From the human T2T-CHM13v2.0 reference genome, Homo sapiens, in the NCBI RefSeq assembly GCF_009914755.1, contig NC_060930.1: a stretch of DNA of 64,000 nt. One strand, 5' to 3'. A program made the translations under genes and the position numbers. Below, piece after piece: positions 44,851 to 64,000 of this stretch; within the stretch, counting starts at the first letter, position 1; every line of letters starts with the position of its first letter. The notes below the pieces were generated by a model. The model was given only the letters and a program-made list of their open reading frames with translations, made no database searches and was not told the origin of the DNA.

Positions 44851-45018
44851 ATTTTCTTTCCTTTTCTTTCCTCCCTCCCTCCCTCCTTCCCTCCCTTCCT
44901 TCCTCCCTCCCTCCTTTTTCTCTCTTTTTCTTTCGTTCTTTCATTCTTTCTCCTTCCTTCCTTCCTTCCTCCCTTCTTTTCCTCTTTCTTTCCTTCCTTC
45001 CTTTTTTCTTTCTTTTTT
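44851..45018. repeat. CT-rich low-complexity tract, followed by an antisense AluY (45036-45337) within a MER5A fragment
   Basis: Directly visible; Alu TSD ctcccaggtgatt. Confidence 0.85.
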
Positions 45019-45022
45019 GTAA

Positions 45023-45242
<220 letters not shown>

Positions 45243-45869
45243 TAGCCAGGATGGGCTCGATCTCCTGAGCTCGTGATCTGCCCACCTCGGCCTCCCAAAG
45301 TGCTGGGATTACAGGCGTGAGCCATCACTCCTGGCCTCTCCCAGGTGATTCTAATTTGCAGCCAGAGTTCAGAACTGTGGCTGCAGAGGAAGGAGATTTT
45401 GGCATTAGGAAGAAAGTTGCCCTGTGAACTCTTCCAATCTTTTAGGATGTTAGGGAGATGAAGAATGTACTGAGAAGACTTGCTCCTAGAAACATAGAGA
45501 AACACTTTCCCCTTCCCAATACCATATAATCTGTAGGACCTAGCCTACAGTTTTAAAAAAGAAACTTGTTTCCTTAATATTTATTTTGTGCAAATAAGTG
45601 TTTAAATTGTAAAAATTCAGGCAACATAGAAATATATAGGCCAAAAAGAGAAATTTTCTGTTTTGTCTTCTTACCACCCCCAAATCTGTTCTTTCTTTCT
45701 TTCTTAATTAATTTTTTGTTTTTGTTTTTTTTGAGACAGGGTCTTGCTCTGTCGCCCAGGCTCCAGGGCAGTGGCATGATCATGGCTCACTGTAGCTTTG
45801 AACTTCTGGGCTCAAGTAATCCACCCACCTCGACCTCCCAAAGTGCTGGTATTACAAGTGTGAGCCTGG

Positions 45870-46470
45870 CCCGTGAAGTGTTTTTTGAATGCTTACTAGG
45901 TACCAGGCACTGGATGCTGGGTGCTGGGATATAACAGCTCACAGGACAACACAGTCCCTTTTCTCACAGTAGAGAAAAATAAACAAATATTTAAAGCAAC
46001 TTCACATAGTTTTAGGTGCTAGGAGAAAACAACACAGTGATGTGGACAAAGGGACACTGGGAAGTAGATGGTATTACTTTAGATGAGGTTATCAGAGGTG
46101 GGCTCTTGAAAAGGTGCTGAAGTCCTGGGTGGATGGGGCCTCTCAGGCAGAGGGACTGGTAAGTGCAAAGGTCCTCGGCTCTCTGGAACTACAGAAGGAG
46201 ATCACTCTTGTGGCGGTGACCAGGAAGGGGAGGGATAGGGATGAGGTTGGAATGGGCAGGGTCCTGATGTGTAGGCCTTTGAGACCGTGAATAGAAATTT
46301 GAGTTGGATAGCACAGGGATAGTCATGGGCTGATACATATGTTATAAAAACCAATCACTCTTTTTGGAGAATCAATTGTAGGGGTAAGAGTAGAATAAGG
46401 GAGATCAGGTAGGAGACTGTGCAGTGGTTCAGTGAGCTATGAGGGTGGCTCAGACCAGGGGTACAACTCT
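45870..46470. mobile_element. L2 fragment
   Basis: gaatgcttactaggtaccaggcactg...gcagagggactggtaagtgcaaaggtcct...aatcactct L2-like motifs. Confidence 0.6.
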
Positions 46471-46590
46471 TACTGATTTGGAAGAACGACAGTTTTTAAA
46501 AGAATTATTGTTTTTCAAATTAAAGTAATACATGCTAATTTAAATAAACTCAAACAATATAAAATAACATAGAGTAAAATGTGAACCTGA

Positions 46591-52250
<5,660 letters not shown>

Positions 52251-53968
52251 GCCTATTGTTTGTTTTTTAAAATATAAATGTGACCATACTCTGGAAATGT
52301 CTCTGCAGTTTGCTCTTGCTCACTTAATGATCTATCTCAAGCATCTTTGTCAGTCCCTATAGAGTTGCCTTGGTGTTTATCTCAGCTCGTACTTTTCCAT
52401 GGTATGATGAACCATAGATATCTGATGGCCATTTAGGCTGTTTCTTTTTTTCCTACTACAATGTTGCATTTAATGTTTCCTGCATGTATCTTTGATAGGT
52501 ACCTAGAAATGGAGTTGTTGGTTTTAATGGACATGCACACTTTTTTGTGTGTGTGTTTTGTGTGTGTGTGTATTTTTGAGACAGAGTCTTACTCTCTCAC
52601 CCAGGCTGGAGTGCAATGGCACGATCTTGGCTCACTGCAACCTCTGCCTCCTGGGTTGAAGTGATTCTTCTGCCTCAGACTCCTGAGTAGATGGGATTAC
52701 AGGCATGCACCACCATACCCGGCTGATTTTTGTATTTTCAGTAGAGGTGGGGTTTCTCCATGTTGGCCAGGCTGGTCTCAAACTCCTGACCTCAAGTGAT
52801 CCCCCCACCTTGGCCTCCCAAAGTGCTTGGATTACAGGCATGAACCATTGTGCCCAGCTCATTTTGGTTTTTTTTTTTTAGAGGCATGGTCTTGCTCTGT
52901 CGCCCAAGCTGGAGTGCAGTGGTGCAATCATAGTTCACTGTAGTCTCGACTTCCTGGGCCCAAGCTGTCCTCTCACTTTGGTCTCCCAAAGCACTGGGAA
53001 TACAGGCATGAGCCACCAGACCTGGCTACATTTCGTTTTGATACATGCTGCCAATTTTTGCTCAGGAAGGGCTATTCCAACTAACCTCTCACCAGCATAG
53101 CACCCATTTTCTCATACTCTTGCCAACAGCAGACATTATCTTACTCCCTTCCCCATCTGATGAACTAAAAATATTTCTCTTTGTTTTATTTTACATTTCT
53201 GTGATTACTACTAAGGTCGTTCATATGTTTATTGGCTATCTGTATTTCTACCATGAATTGTCATTGTTTATTTTTCTGTTGGGATATTTATTGTTCTTCT
53301 GATTTCTAGGAGCTCTTGTATGGTATTATATTAACCTCTTGTCTATATAGACATTGAAAGATCTTTTTTCCCAGTCTGCTTGTCTTTTTTCCCTGTTTAT
53401 GACATCTTTAAACTTGTAATTTTATATTTAGTATGAAAAATCTCTTTGCCTTCTAGGTTCTTTGTCTCGTTTGGGAAGGTATTTTTCAACTCAACATTAT
53501 TATTTATTTTACTTTAATTTTTTTAGAGATAGGATCTCACTCTGTCCCCCAGGCTGGAGTGCAGTGGCCTCATTCACTGCAGCTTTGAACTCCAGGGCTC
53601 AAACGATCCTCCTGCCTCGGCCTTCCAAAGTTCTGGGATTACAGGCATGAGCCACTGTGCCCAGCCCAACTCAACATTATTAACAAGGATTATGAGGTGG
53701 ATATTTGGAGGGTGGATTGTTATAATTTATTGAACCTTTTGGCTGAGAAGTTTTACACAATTTAACAATTACCAAAGAATGTGAAGAAGATGAGGAAGGA
53801 CACCACTTTATTGAGGGCTGGATCATAGTCTGGACACACTGTGGACTTCCTCTCTGTAGCCACGTGCTAATTTCCATTTTACAGATAAGGAAATAGGTGA
53901 CTTGCGGCCAGGCACGGAGGCTCACGCATGTAATCCCTGCACTTTGGGAGGCCGAAGCGGGCGGATCA

Positions 53969-54226
<258 letters not shown>

Positions 54227-54813
54227 TTAGGTTGTGTGAAACACAGTCCTTGGGACAAAGCAGGGGATGAATTAATATTTATTGGATGAGCAAGTGAGCT
54301 GGAATTGGACCCTCAGCGTCTGACTCAACCCAAGCTCCTGTTCCTACACCCATGGCTGCCCCTTGCTCTCCCGGCACATGGCCTCCTGAGTTTAGCATAT
54401 TTTTAGCATCAGAGATAGACTGTTATAAAATAGACAATTCTGTATTTGAATTAGTTTTCGCTTTCCATATTATGTAAAGTCAAAAAAATCCGGCTAATTT
54501 TCAGGGGACTAAGATGAAGCTTAGGAACAAATTGACTTTTTAGTTTTAGGCCTGAATTTTTGCACAAAACAACAAAAACCACAACAGGCAGAGGAGGCAG
54601 CAGGAAGGATCCAGAGTTTTCACTGTAATGCTATTGAGCACCACCTCTTACATGGACGTTCACCTGTGGGGAAACACAGGGACAGCTGCCGTCTGCAGCA
54701 GCTCTTTGATCCCCAGGATTTTTGACATATATAGAATCCCAGGTGGGTGGGTAGGGCTGACTCTTACAAGTTGTTTGAGTCTGTTTTGTTTTTTGGTTTC
54801 CTATCTCTTTCAG

Positions 54814-54852
54814 AACATGCTTCTAGAACTTTCATCTATTATGAAAAAATAA
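54814..54852 (+). CDS. GJA10: GJA10 distal coding exon NMLLELSSIMKK* (spliced 492-aa isoform)
   Basis: Long polypyrimidine tract + CAG (54811-54813); phase 0 matches donor ATG|GTAAGA at 29602/29603. Peptide matches my recall of the spliced mouse Cx57 C-terminus. Confidence 0.85.
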   Translation, partial: NMLLELSSIMKK

Positions 54853-55455
54853 TGCATCAGGAGCAGCTGGTACCTGCAGGAGGAGAGTTGTGCCTTTGTC
54901 AGCTCAAACTGCAGGAAGCGCTTTGGGACCCACACCCTCTACAGACACCCACCAGGCGAAGGGCCCTGTTCAGGGTGCTCCCAGCCTGGGCTCACTTCCA
55001 CAGGAGACCCTTCCCTTATGGGGGCTGGGGACAGGTTCTCACCCTGCCTGGGCACACTGCTTGAGGGAGGTCTGATGCTCGGGCAGGGAGGAGCTGTACA
55101 CCGTCAGAGGAGATCTAGGGACAAGAGCGGCTCTGCCTCGAGGAGGAGGATTGGTATATGTCACCTCTTCCCCAGTCCCAGCACAGCCTAGTGGGATATT
55201 TTGCAAGACAGTACCCCAGCTCTGCAGTGGCAGCAACAGTAGCAGTTGGCCCCTTAAACATGGGTCCAGAGCAGGACTGGAGCTTTGTGCTCAGCCTGAG
55301 GTCAGATGTGCTTCCTGTCTATAAAGGAGAGGTTGACAAGAAACTTTTCAGGCTTTTCCTCTCACCAGTTCATTTCTTGAGGATGAACCAGTTGGATTTT
55401 TAATTCATCAATGGCATGGAAATAAAATATTGATTAAAACACTGGCAAACACTCG
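54853..55455 (+). other. GJA10: 3' UTR of the spliced GJA10 isoform
   Basis: AATAAA 55421-55426 and ATTAAA 55433-55438, then a U-rich tract. 3' end approximate. Confidence 0.65.
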
Positions 55456-56361
55456 CATGCCTTTTTTGTATCCCTCTGGGATGATTCATGAGTAGTGGTG
55501 ATGCCATGATTGTGCCCCTGCAGGAGCTTCCTGGGAGTGGTAGAAGCCAGCACCTCTTCCTCACCCTGCCCGCCCTCCGAGTGGTCCTGAGTCATCCGGG
55601 AGAGTGCTCTGTGATGTGCACTGACTGGCCAACCCATGAGGCTGCTCCGCGGGTTGCTACTTGGCCGATCTTGGCTCACTGCAACCTCCGCCTCCTGGGT
55701 TCAAGCCATTCTCCTGCCTCAGCCTCCCAAGTAGCGGGGATTACAGGTGCCCACCACCAAGCCCGGCTAATTTTTGTGTTTTTGTATTTTTAGCCTTGTG
55801 GTAGCGAGGCTGGTCTTGAACTCCTGACCTCGGGTGATCCGCCCATCTCGGCTTCCCAAAGTGCTGGGATTACAGGCGTGAGCCACTGCGCCCAACCCTG
55901 AGTTTTTAGAGCCATAAAGGTGGACTCAATTCCCATGGAAAGAGCCTCTTAGCTTCCCCGTCCTCCACCCCATGGCCAGAGTGGCCCCCAACCCTGGCCA
56001 CACACTTGATAATAAAGGCTTCAGGTTATAAGGAGAATCAATTTGGTTGAAAGTTATAAGGCTCGGCATCATCTATGTCCTATGAGATAAAAGCCACAGG
56101 AAATTCAGGCACTGGCCCCTGCCTCTGACCTCATTCCCCGCTTCTCACTTGTAGCCCAGCTGTGGCAGCTCTGCCGCTCCTACCTGCTGTTGCCCACCCA
56201 GCAGTCTGCTGCTGGACAGTGTCCACCTATCCTGTGGCTGCCTTTTGGGGACTCATTATTTTTATGGAGGCAGTTCCAACATATCTTCTCGGCCAACCCC
56301 ATTCACTCACCATGCCTTTCTTTGTGGCAGCCCTGTAATTATAGTAACGGTGGGGGGGTAG

Positions 56362-56569
<208 letters not shown>

Positions 56570-57347
56570 TAAAAATGAGGACTTGCTATGTTGCCCAGGC
56601 TAGTCTGGAACTCCTGGCCGCAAGTGATCCTCCTGCCTCAGCGCCCCCATAGCACTTACATAGATTACAGGTGTGAGCTACCATGACCGGCCCCCAAAAT
56701 GTGCCTTTTTAAGGGGCATACTATATTCCACGTGCTCACATTATCTATACCTTGTACAACTTGTCAAGTTGTTATTGTTCATTTTCATCTTATAGATCAG
56801 ACAAGGCTCAAAGAGATTTTCTCCACAGTTAAAGATTACACGGCTGAAGTGCCTGCTGGAATTCAAATCCATATCCAGCTGCTCTGAGGCCCACAGTCCT
56901 TTCAGAAATCCTTGTTCTCCTTTCTGTAAAAGTCAGCAGCCCCTGGGCAATGATTTATTTGTACATCTCTCTGCCCAACTAGCCTGTGAAAGCTGTAAGG
57001 GTAAGGTATTTGACATCTTGGATGCTTAGCATGTAACACAGTGTTGGTTGAATAAATATATATTTATGTATAAACACCAAAGGCAATACCTTACCCATTG
57101 CTTCCAATTTTCCAGTCTTTATTTCTTATTCACTTTCTGTCATGTTGTGTCAATAAGTTTGTCAATAGGTTTCAGAGGCCTCTATGGCAACTTTTTTTGT
57201 AATTTCAATTTCTTTCACTCTGAAAAGTCTTTACAGGGTTGTCAAAAACACAGCACAAATGGAGGTTTTAAAAAACAAGTTTGAGGCTGGGTGTGGTGGC
57301 TCACGCCTGTAATCCCAGAACTTTGGGAGGCCGAGGTGTGGGGATCA

Positions 57348-57677
<330 letters not shown>

Positions 57678-58464
57678 CTATGATGATGCCTGTGAATAGC
57701 CATTGCACTCCAGCCTGGGCAACATAGCAAGGCCTTGTCTCTACAAAGAAGAAAAAACAAAGTCTGAAGGGCCCAGTGTAAAATGTAATGTTTCCAGTGA
57801 CTGCTAGCATGTCTCTGAAGGTTTCCATTCACTGCTTCGGGATGAAGGGCACTGTCTCAGGGATGCACTTATCTTCAAGAAGAAAGAGTAAGAACTAGCC
57901 ATGGAGAATCAGCAATGCCTCTTTGTGGCTAAGCAGGCCAGTGGCAGATGTGTGTCAGGATCTGCAGGAACCAGGGACGGGTGTGGAGACAGAAGGTGTC
58001 ATGCTCTTGAGTGAAATGAAAGACACTTGCGTAATGGGATGTGTGGCTTTCTCCATCTCTTTGGGCCTTGATTTTTTGACACCAGGAAGTATTGTGTTCA
58101 CTTGTACCACGAAGGCATAGGTGCTCAGTGAGGAGAATTGGAAACCCATTTCTGCTCACGGCACCTTCACCAGCTGCTGTTAAACATTAAGTACAATCTT
58201 GCTAATGCATCCCAAGTGGTGGGGCAGAGTTGGGTGAGGTGGTGGGTTGGAGAAGAGTGAAAGACTCTAAAATGATTTCAAAGAACAGCTCAGTTATTTC
58301 CAAATACATACAACAAAACTGCTGGCAGGGCCTGGTGTAGAAGGAACCTGTCCTCACTGCCCCAGAGGCAGATACAAATTTCCCATAAGAAGCACATGTA
58401 AAGTAGGAAAGAAAATGGCTGCTGTCCACCTGGGGCTGGACAGTGCTTAAAAGCTCTTTTGCAG

Positions 58465-58809
58465 CCGCGATTCCCAACCTTTTTGGCACCAGGGACTGGT
58501 ATCGTGGAAGACAAATTTTCCACGGACCAGAGGCAGCGGGGGTGGGGGGATGTTTTCGGGATGACACCGTTCCACCTCAGATCATCAGGCATTAGAGTCT
58601 CATAAGGAGCTGCAACCCAGATCCCGCACATGCACCGTTCACAGTAGGGTTCGCGCTCCTATGGGAATCCAGTGCCACCGCTGATGGGGCAGGAGGTGGA
58701 GCTCAGGCAGTAATGTTCACTCCCCAGCTGCTCACCTCTTGCTGTGCGGCCTGTTCCTAACAGGTCATGGACCGGAACCAGTCTGCGGCCCAGGGGTCGG
58801 GGACGCCTG
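58465..58809. mobile_element. MER1B (hAT-Charlie)
   Basis: cccaacctttttggcaccagggac...ggggtcggggacgcctg; perfect 8-bp TSD TTTTGCAG at 58457-58464 and 58810-58817. Confidence 0.9.
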
Positions 58810-59445
58810 TTTTGCAGGACGCAACAGCTGGTGAGGTTTATTTTCCTTCAATGCATGACCATTATTTGTATCACAAGAGCAGATGTCAGGGTTGAAGGTG
58901 CACATGACCATCAGTTCTAAATTACCAGGTTTTCCCACAGAAAATTTTGGGACTCTGACCCACCTGTTTTTCTCAGAGTGGATTAACTTCACATCTTCAG
59001 GCGTAGGTAATCCGCCTCTTGTACCGAAAATGTTATGACTGCGACGTTGTCACAGCAGCACACATTTGCAAAACCCATGACCTGCTCTCAGGAAGCCTTC
59101 CTTGACTCCATAGGTGCCCATGGAGACTCGCCCGAGGGAGCAGAACTTGGCAGTTTTTAATTTCCGTTTTCCCATCTGGCGGTCGCATGCACTCCTTGAA
59201 GCGTGAATCTCGGCAGCACAGCCCTGCCCTGCCCGGATACCATGCGCATGCACTGGTTACAGCCTCGCTGACAGCTCAGACCCCCCTGCTCTGCTCTAGT
59301 GGCTTTCTCTCACCTCCGAGCTCCAGTCCAGTGTTCGCTCATGGTCACTCGACCTGCCCACCATTTGATATCTTGTTTTCTCTTTACATCAAAATCGAAG
59401 ACATAACTATCAAATACACTTTTAGAATACAACTTTTAAACTGTA

Positions 59446-59765
59446 CAGTCATGCATGGCATAACCATGTTTTGGTCAATGATGGGACGAATATATGACAG
59501 CGGTTCCATAAGATTGTAAACCCTATTTTTACTGCAACTTTTCTATGTTAAGATACACAACTACTTACCCTGGTGTTACAATTGCCTACCATATCCAGTA
59601 CAGTTACATGCTGCACAAGTTTGCAATCTAGGAACATCTAGTCTAGGTGTGTCATAGGCTTTCTCATCTAGGTTGGTGTGGCACACCCTGATGTTCTCAC
59701 AATAGGAAATTGCGTAAGGATGCATTTCTCACAACGTACCCCCTTCACTAACCAATGCATGACTG
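59446..59765. mobile_element. Tigger3a/MER7A (TcMar)
   Basis: Terminal inverted repeats cagtcatgcat...atgcatgactg with TA target duplications. Confidence 0.85.
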
Positions 59766-60243
59766 TATGGATTCCTCAACCACAATTCTAAACATCTTTC
59801 CTTGCAACTCACTGCATCTTGGTGTTGGCTTAATGTTCTTTCTCATTTACTTTCATTTAGTTTTTAAAAAATTCAGCCTATTTTGGATATAATTGCAGAT
59901 TCACATGCAGTTGCAAGAAATGATACCCATCACCCAGTTTTCTCCCGTGGTAACATTCTGCATAGCGATAGCACAATATCAAAACCGAGAAATTGGGTTT
60001 AAAGCCTTTTATCTACTCTCACAGGCACTAGGGATTTTTAAAATTCAGAGTTTAGGAATCACATTAATATTATCCAATTTTAAAGATTCCTAATCAGATT
60101 AATCAGGTAGCAAGTAAGGGTCCAAACTAGAGGAAGAGAAATGGCCTCTAGGAAAAAAGATTTCCTGAGGTTTCTCACTCTGTAATTTGGAACATAGGGA
60201 TCAGAGGCAGAGAAAATCAGTTTACAATGCATAATGATATGTC

Positions 60244-60249
60244 TTTATT
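60244..60249 (-). terminator. Distal poly(A) signal of BACH2
   Basis: AATAAA on the minus strand at the edge of the repeat-free block. Confidence 0.75.
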
Positions 60250-63200
60250 TCATCAACAGAAATGGTGTCTAGACAAAATTCAGTTAACACTAGCAATTCA
60301 ATTGAGTGAAAACTTTTTTTGCACAATAGTGTATTTACAATGAGTAAATGAAGTTTCAATTCATTAGTTCATAGCAATGCTTTTTTCCCCCAAAAGGTAA
60401 AAATTCTTAGTTACAGAGAATAAGCATCAACAGCCTTTCATTTTTTACAATAAAAACCACGAGAAAAACCACAATCACTTAGAAAAAAATAAGGACAAGC
60501 CTAAGAACTAGTACAATAAAATGATGCATTGAATTAAATTACATTAATCGCATAGAATCTGTGTAAAAAGTATGTAGAAAAACACCTGATGTAACCTGTT
60601 ACAGTCGTTGACCAGTTATGAGAGGTACAGAGGGTTATACAGGTAGATATGTGTGAAAACTGTCCGTATTGTTCAACCTGGGGAGGAAGAGAAGAGGGGC
60701 TGCAGCCCCTTGCATACACTGAGAAGACCCTGTTTTGAATATGGCCTCTGGAGTTTGTAAGGCATATATTAGAGGTGCACTTGCATCAGACTGGTTCTGG
60801 AACAAATTGTCAAATTGTCACAGGCTCTCTTGGCCTCACTAGCAAAGGTGGTGCTTGCCTTGAATGGCTCACTGTGTCTAACAAGCACCTGAAGCTCCCA
60901 AATGCATATGGAATCTTCCTGATCACTCACTAGAGGTGCCATGTCTTTATGTCAGAGCGTGAAACGGGCATCCCAGGATTTGCACACACAAAATACATTG
61001 TTAGGACTTAAGGGGAGGTCATAGTTCTGCCTCCAAACATGTTTTGGTAGAAGACTGAGCATCCATCTGTAGGAAAACCCCTCTTTGTCCAAGTCCCTTC
61101 ACTCTTTCGCAACATATGCGTCTGATTATTCCCATGGGAGCACTTGGCACTGAATGTGAGTCTACCTGAAATGAATGGTCTTGGTGCACACTTCTGCTTC
61201 TAAGAAGGGCCAGTGTTTTATCTGAGGTCAATAAACTGGAATGAGAATGAAAGTCAGAGCTGTTTATCCATTGCTTGACAGCAAAATGCATACACCGTGT
61301 CACAACATTAAATCAAAGCTATGAAAGTTGGCCTCTGCAACCAAGTGGGTATTCTTCACAAAATGGCAGCATCGTTTTCATATTACATTTAAAATGCACT
61401 GATATTCATTTGATAGAAATATCATCTCCCAGGGTGGAGTGTAGGAAAATACTATAAACTTTTCTTTGCAAGTAATGTTTTTGCACCGTCAGTTGAATAA
61501 TTTATGCTCAATCTGCCACAATGAGACTTTTCTATGTACAAATGCTATTTGCACACACTATTTGTGTACAGATATGTTCTGTTCTACAGCATCGGTTTTG
61601 GACGCTGGGGTCATGAGATGGCTCAGGCAGTACTATAAACATACACTTTCAACACACAATGCCTCGTGCACACAGATTTCCTGTATGAATACCAACTCCA
61701 CACAGGGCATTGTATTGTGGACTGACTCACCAGAAATTGCACTTCCAACACAGTCTTCAGTTTGGGGAAGAAACACTAACTCATGATACAACGAACAGCT
61801 TTATTCTTAGAAAACAAAAACAAAAACAAAAAACACCTTGTTCTTTAGTCTATTTACAGTCATTTGAGGACCAAACTTGATTCTTGCTCCTTCTGGATCT
61901 GAGACTCCTCCTAAACTGTAAGCAATAGTGAAGCAGTTTGAAGTCATTTCTAAGACAGCTCCTAGTTTAAATGGGGCATAATGTAGAGAAGTAGGTAGCC
62001 AAATAGGGACTTGAGAAAGCTTTGCAGGCAGCTCTTCCTCATTTTGAGAGGATTATGCTACTCCACAGGATGTCAAGCAGCTTCACGGGACAGGAGTTTT
62101 TGGTGTCTTAACAGGCTTATCATTTTCAAACCTTTGTCTGTTCCTTCTTTTTCTTCTTCTTTGATGGCAATCATAAAATATTAAAAGAGAAAATGTGGGT
62201 TTAGGCCTCTTGACAACAGCATTAAACTTCACACTGTGCACACTTCACTTTAGCCAGTCCTCTCATGAGTCTTGTCGCTGGTCCTGGCTCCTTTTGAAGG
62301 AGTAGTGGCAGTTGGCATACTAATCACTAGACTTTTGTTCCCTTCCTTGGAAAAGCAATGTAAGGATTACATCCCGAATTATAGTGCATCTTAAAAGCAG
62401 CAAACCTTTAGAAAGACAGTTAATAAATTACTCGCACAACATTCAGTTGCAGACACACAGAGTCAGGTTTTCCACTGCAGCATCATCTCTGATGCCTGAG
62501 TCATTGCTGGGAACTCAGAAGATAAATAGCAGGATGGCCTCGTAACTTTGTCGGTTTTTTTTTTTTTAAAGTTTTTCTAACTGTTTTGTTCCAGAATCAG
62601 TATGTAATAAAGTTCGATTTTAATCAAGGCACCCCCAGGTAACGCAGAGAAACAAACACATACAGCAAATCACTCACCTGTCCAAAGCCTGACCAACTTG
62701 AAAAGAGGTTGCCTGGATACACAAGCAGGACAAAGGCAGATCCAAGGGGAGGACTGGATTTAGGTGGGATGTTCATTAGTCTCAGGGTCACTCACCTCCA
62801 CTGGCTCTGCCCCAACAACCATTCCTACCCCAGCCATTTGGAGACCCAAGCAGGCATCCTCCTAAACAGCCCGTGGTTGGAGGGTCTCTTATTTTTGTAA
62901 GAAAAGAGCCTTAAGAACAACCAAATGTTACTGTACTGTGCAAACACTCTTCCTTGCTGTTCACTCACTTTTCTTTTTCCTAAAAGGCGTGGGGTTGACA
63001 GAGGGATCCCAGGGAAAAGAGACAGGCTAGGTTTTAAAATTCCACTTGAGGCCGTTTGGATTCTGGTCCCCAGCAAGTCCTCCCTTTGAATCAACCCAGA
63101 AATAATTTTGACAAGCACATAGTTCTGAATAGGAAAAGACACACACACATCACATGAACAACTGCACGAAGCTAGTCACTGTTCATGGTGGATTATGAAT

Positions 63201-63802
63201 GAAATAACTTGTGAGAAATCTCTATGAAATTGGAAGATGGTTTTTAGAGCAGTGTTTTTAACCAGTTCCCATGGCAGAAGTTAGGTTGGGGGAAGAGGAA
63301 GAAAAGCAAGGCAGGGGTGGGTGGGAGGAAGGTGAGGTCTGAGTTAGGGTGGAGAGAAATAAAGAGGCCCCGCCCCTGCTAGAAATGGCTGCCAAACAGG
63401 TCTGGGCTACTGAACCACAGAAACCTGAGGAAATGGATGGAATGTGGTCAAGACTACCAGTTGCACATGAGTTGTTACCAGGGTAAACCTCATGCCAAGA
63501 AGCTGGGTTGGACCTGGTTATGATATGAGCAGAAAGTGTTCTTTTTTTAAAAGAAGAGGAGAGGTCACTTGGAAAGGCAACAATAGAGTTAAAAAGCAAA
63601 ATACTGTCAGCTGACTCCACTGTAACACACGCCTGCGAAGTATCACGTGATTCACATTGAGTTTATATTCTCACTGTCACCAGTTTTCCACAAAGGCAAA
63701 CCTCATGGTGAAGCACAGAACTGTCCTAGTAGGCCAAGAAATTCCAACAACCATAACAAAAACCAGCAGCTCCAACACAGAGCTTTATCAAGATCTGTTT
63801 CA

Positions 63803-63803
<1 letters not shown>

Positions 63804-63851
<48 letters not shown>
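63804..63851. repeat. (CA)n microsatellite; poly(T) at 63916-63941
   Basis: Directly visible. Confidence 0.95.
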
Positions 63852-63856
<5 letters not shown>

Positions 63857-64000
63857 AGAAAAAACAAAAACCCAGAGGCAGGTTTTAAAAGTGGAACTGT
63901 TTAAAAAGAAAAGCCTTTTTTTTTTTTTTTTTTTTTTTTTTATCCTACTGCATGAACTGACAAATTTCTGGCATTCATACATATTTAAACATTTAGTGCT

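Larger units (their letters stand above)
60221..64000 (-). other. BACH2: Distal 3' UTR of BACH2 (continues beyond window)
   Basis: 3.8 kb almost free of interspersed repeats; minus-strand AATAAA (TTTATT 60244-60249); PUM and miRNA motifs on the minus strand. Identity rests on the known CASP8AP2-GJA10-BACH2 order; no BACH2 CDS is in the window. Confidence 0.8.

Noticed and set aside
54628-54852. 74-aa stand-alone small ORF
   Set aside because: Only the last 12 codons follow a splice acceptor and match the connexin tail; the upstream part is intron and pyrimidine tract.
60534-63982. ORFs within the repeat-free terminal block
   Set aside because: No homology or coding signature; the motif content indicates a minus-strand 3' UTR.

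Overview
Repeat-dense primate genomic DNA that I recognise as human 6q15 (CASP8AP2 - GJA10 - BACH2). The + strand carries the last four exons of CASP8AP2/FLASH (SUMO-interacting motif, C-terminal Myb/SANT-like domain) and the connexin gene GJA10 (Cx62). The - strand carries the distal 3' UTR of BACH2, identified by synteny only. Between them are processed pseudogenes of RPL22 and GPS1/CSN1, a Y1 RNA pseudogene, a HERV-K(HML-2) LTR5 solo LTR, an ERV-L pol remnant, THE1 and MST LTRs, two old antisense L1s, DNA-transposon fossils and dozens of Alus. Main result: GJA10 looks like a ~32-kb three-exon gene rather than a single-exon 543-aa ORF. It has a candidate non-coding exon 1 and promoter with clustered Onecut and Otx/Crx motifs (~22.7-23.1 kb), and an in-frame donor at codon 480 that joins a 12-codon exon 25 kb downstream (NMLLELSSIMKK*, 492-aa product, like mouse Cx57). 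Other notable points: the last CASP8AP2 intron gives the same protein whether spliced or not; the GPS1 retrocopy preserves an unusual splice isoform and forms a CpG island near the GJA10 promoter; and there are several nested or rearranged retroposon insertions. Gene and repeat-subfamily names come from recall, not database searches, and repeat boundaries are approximate.
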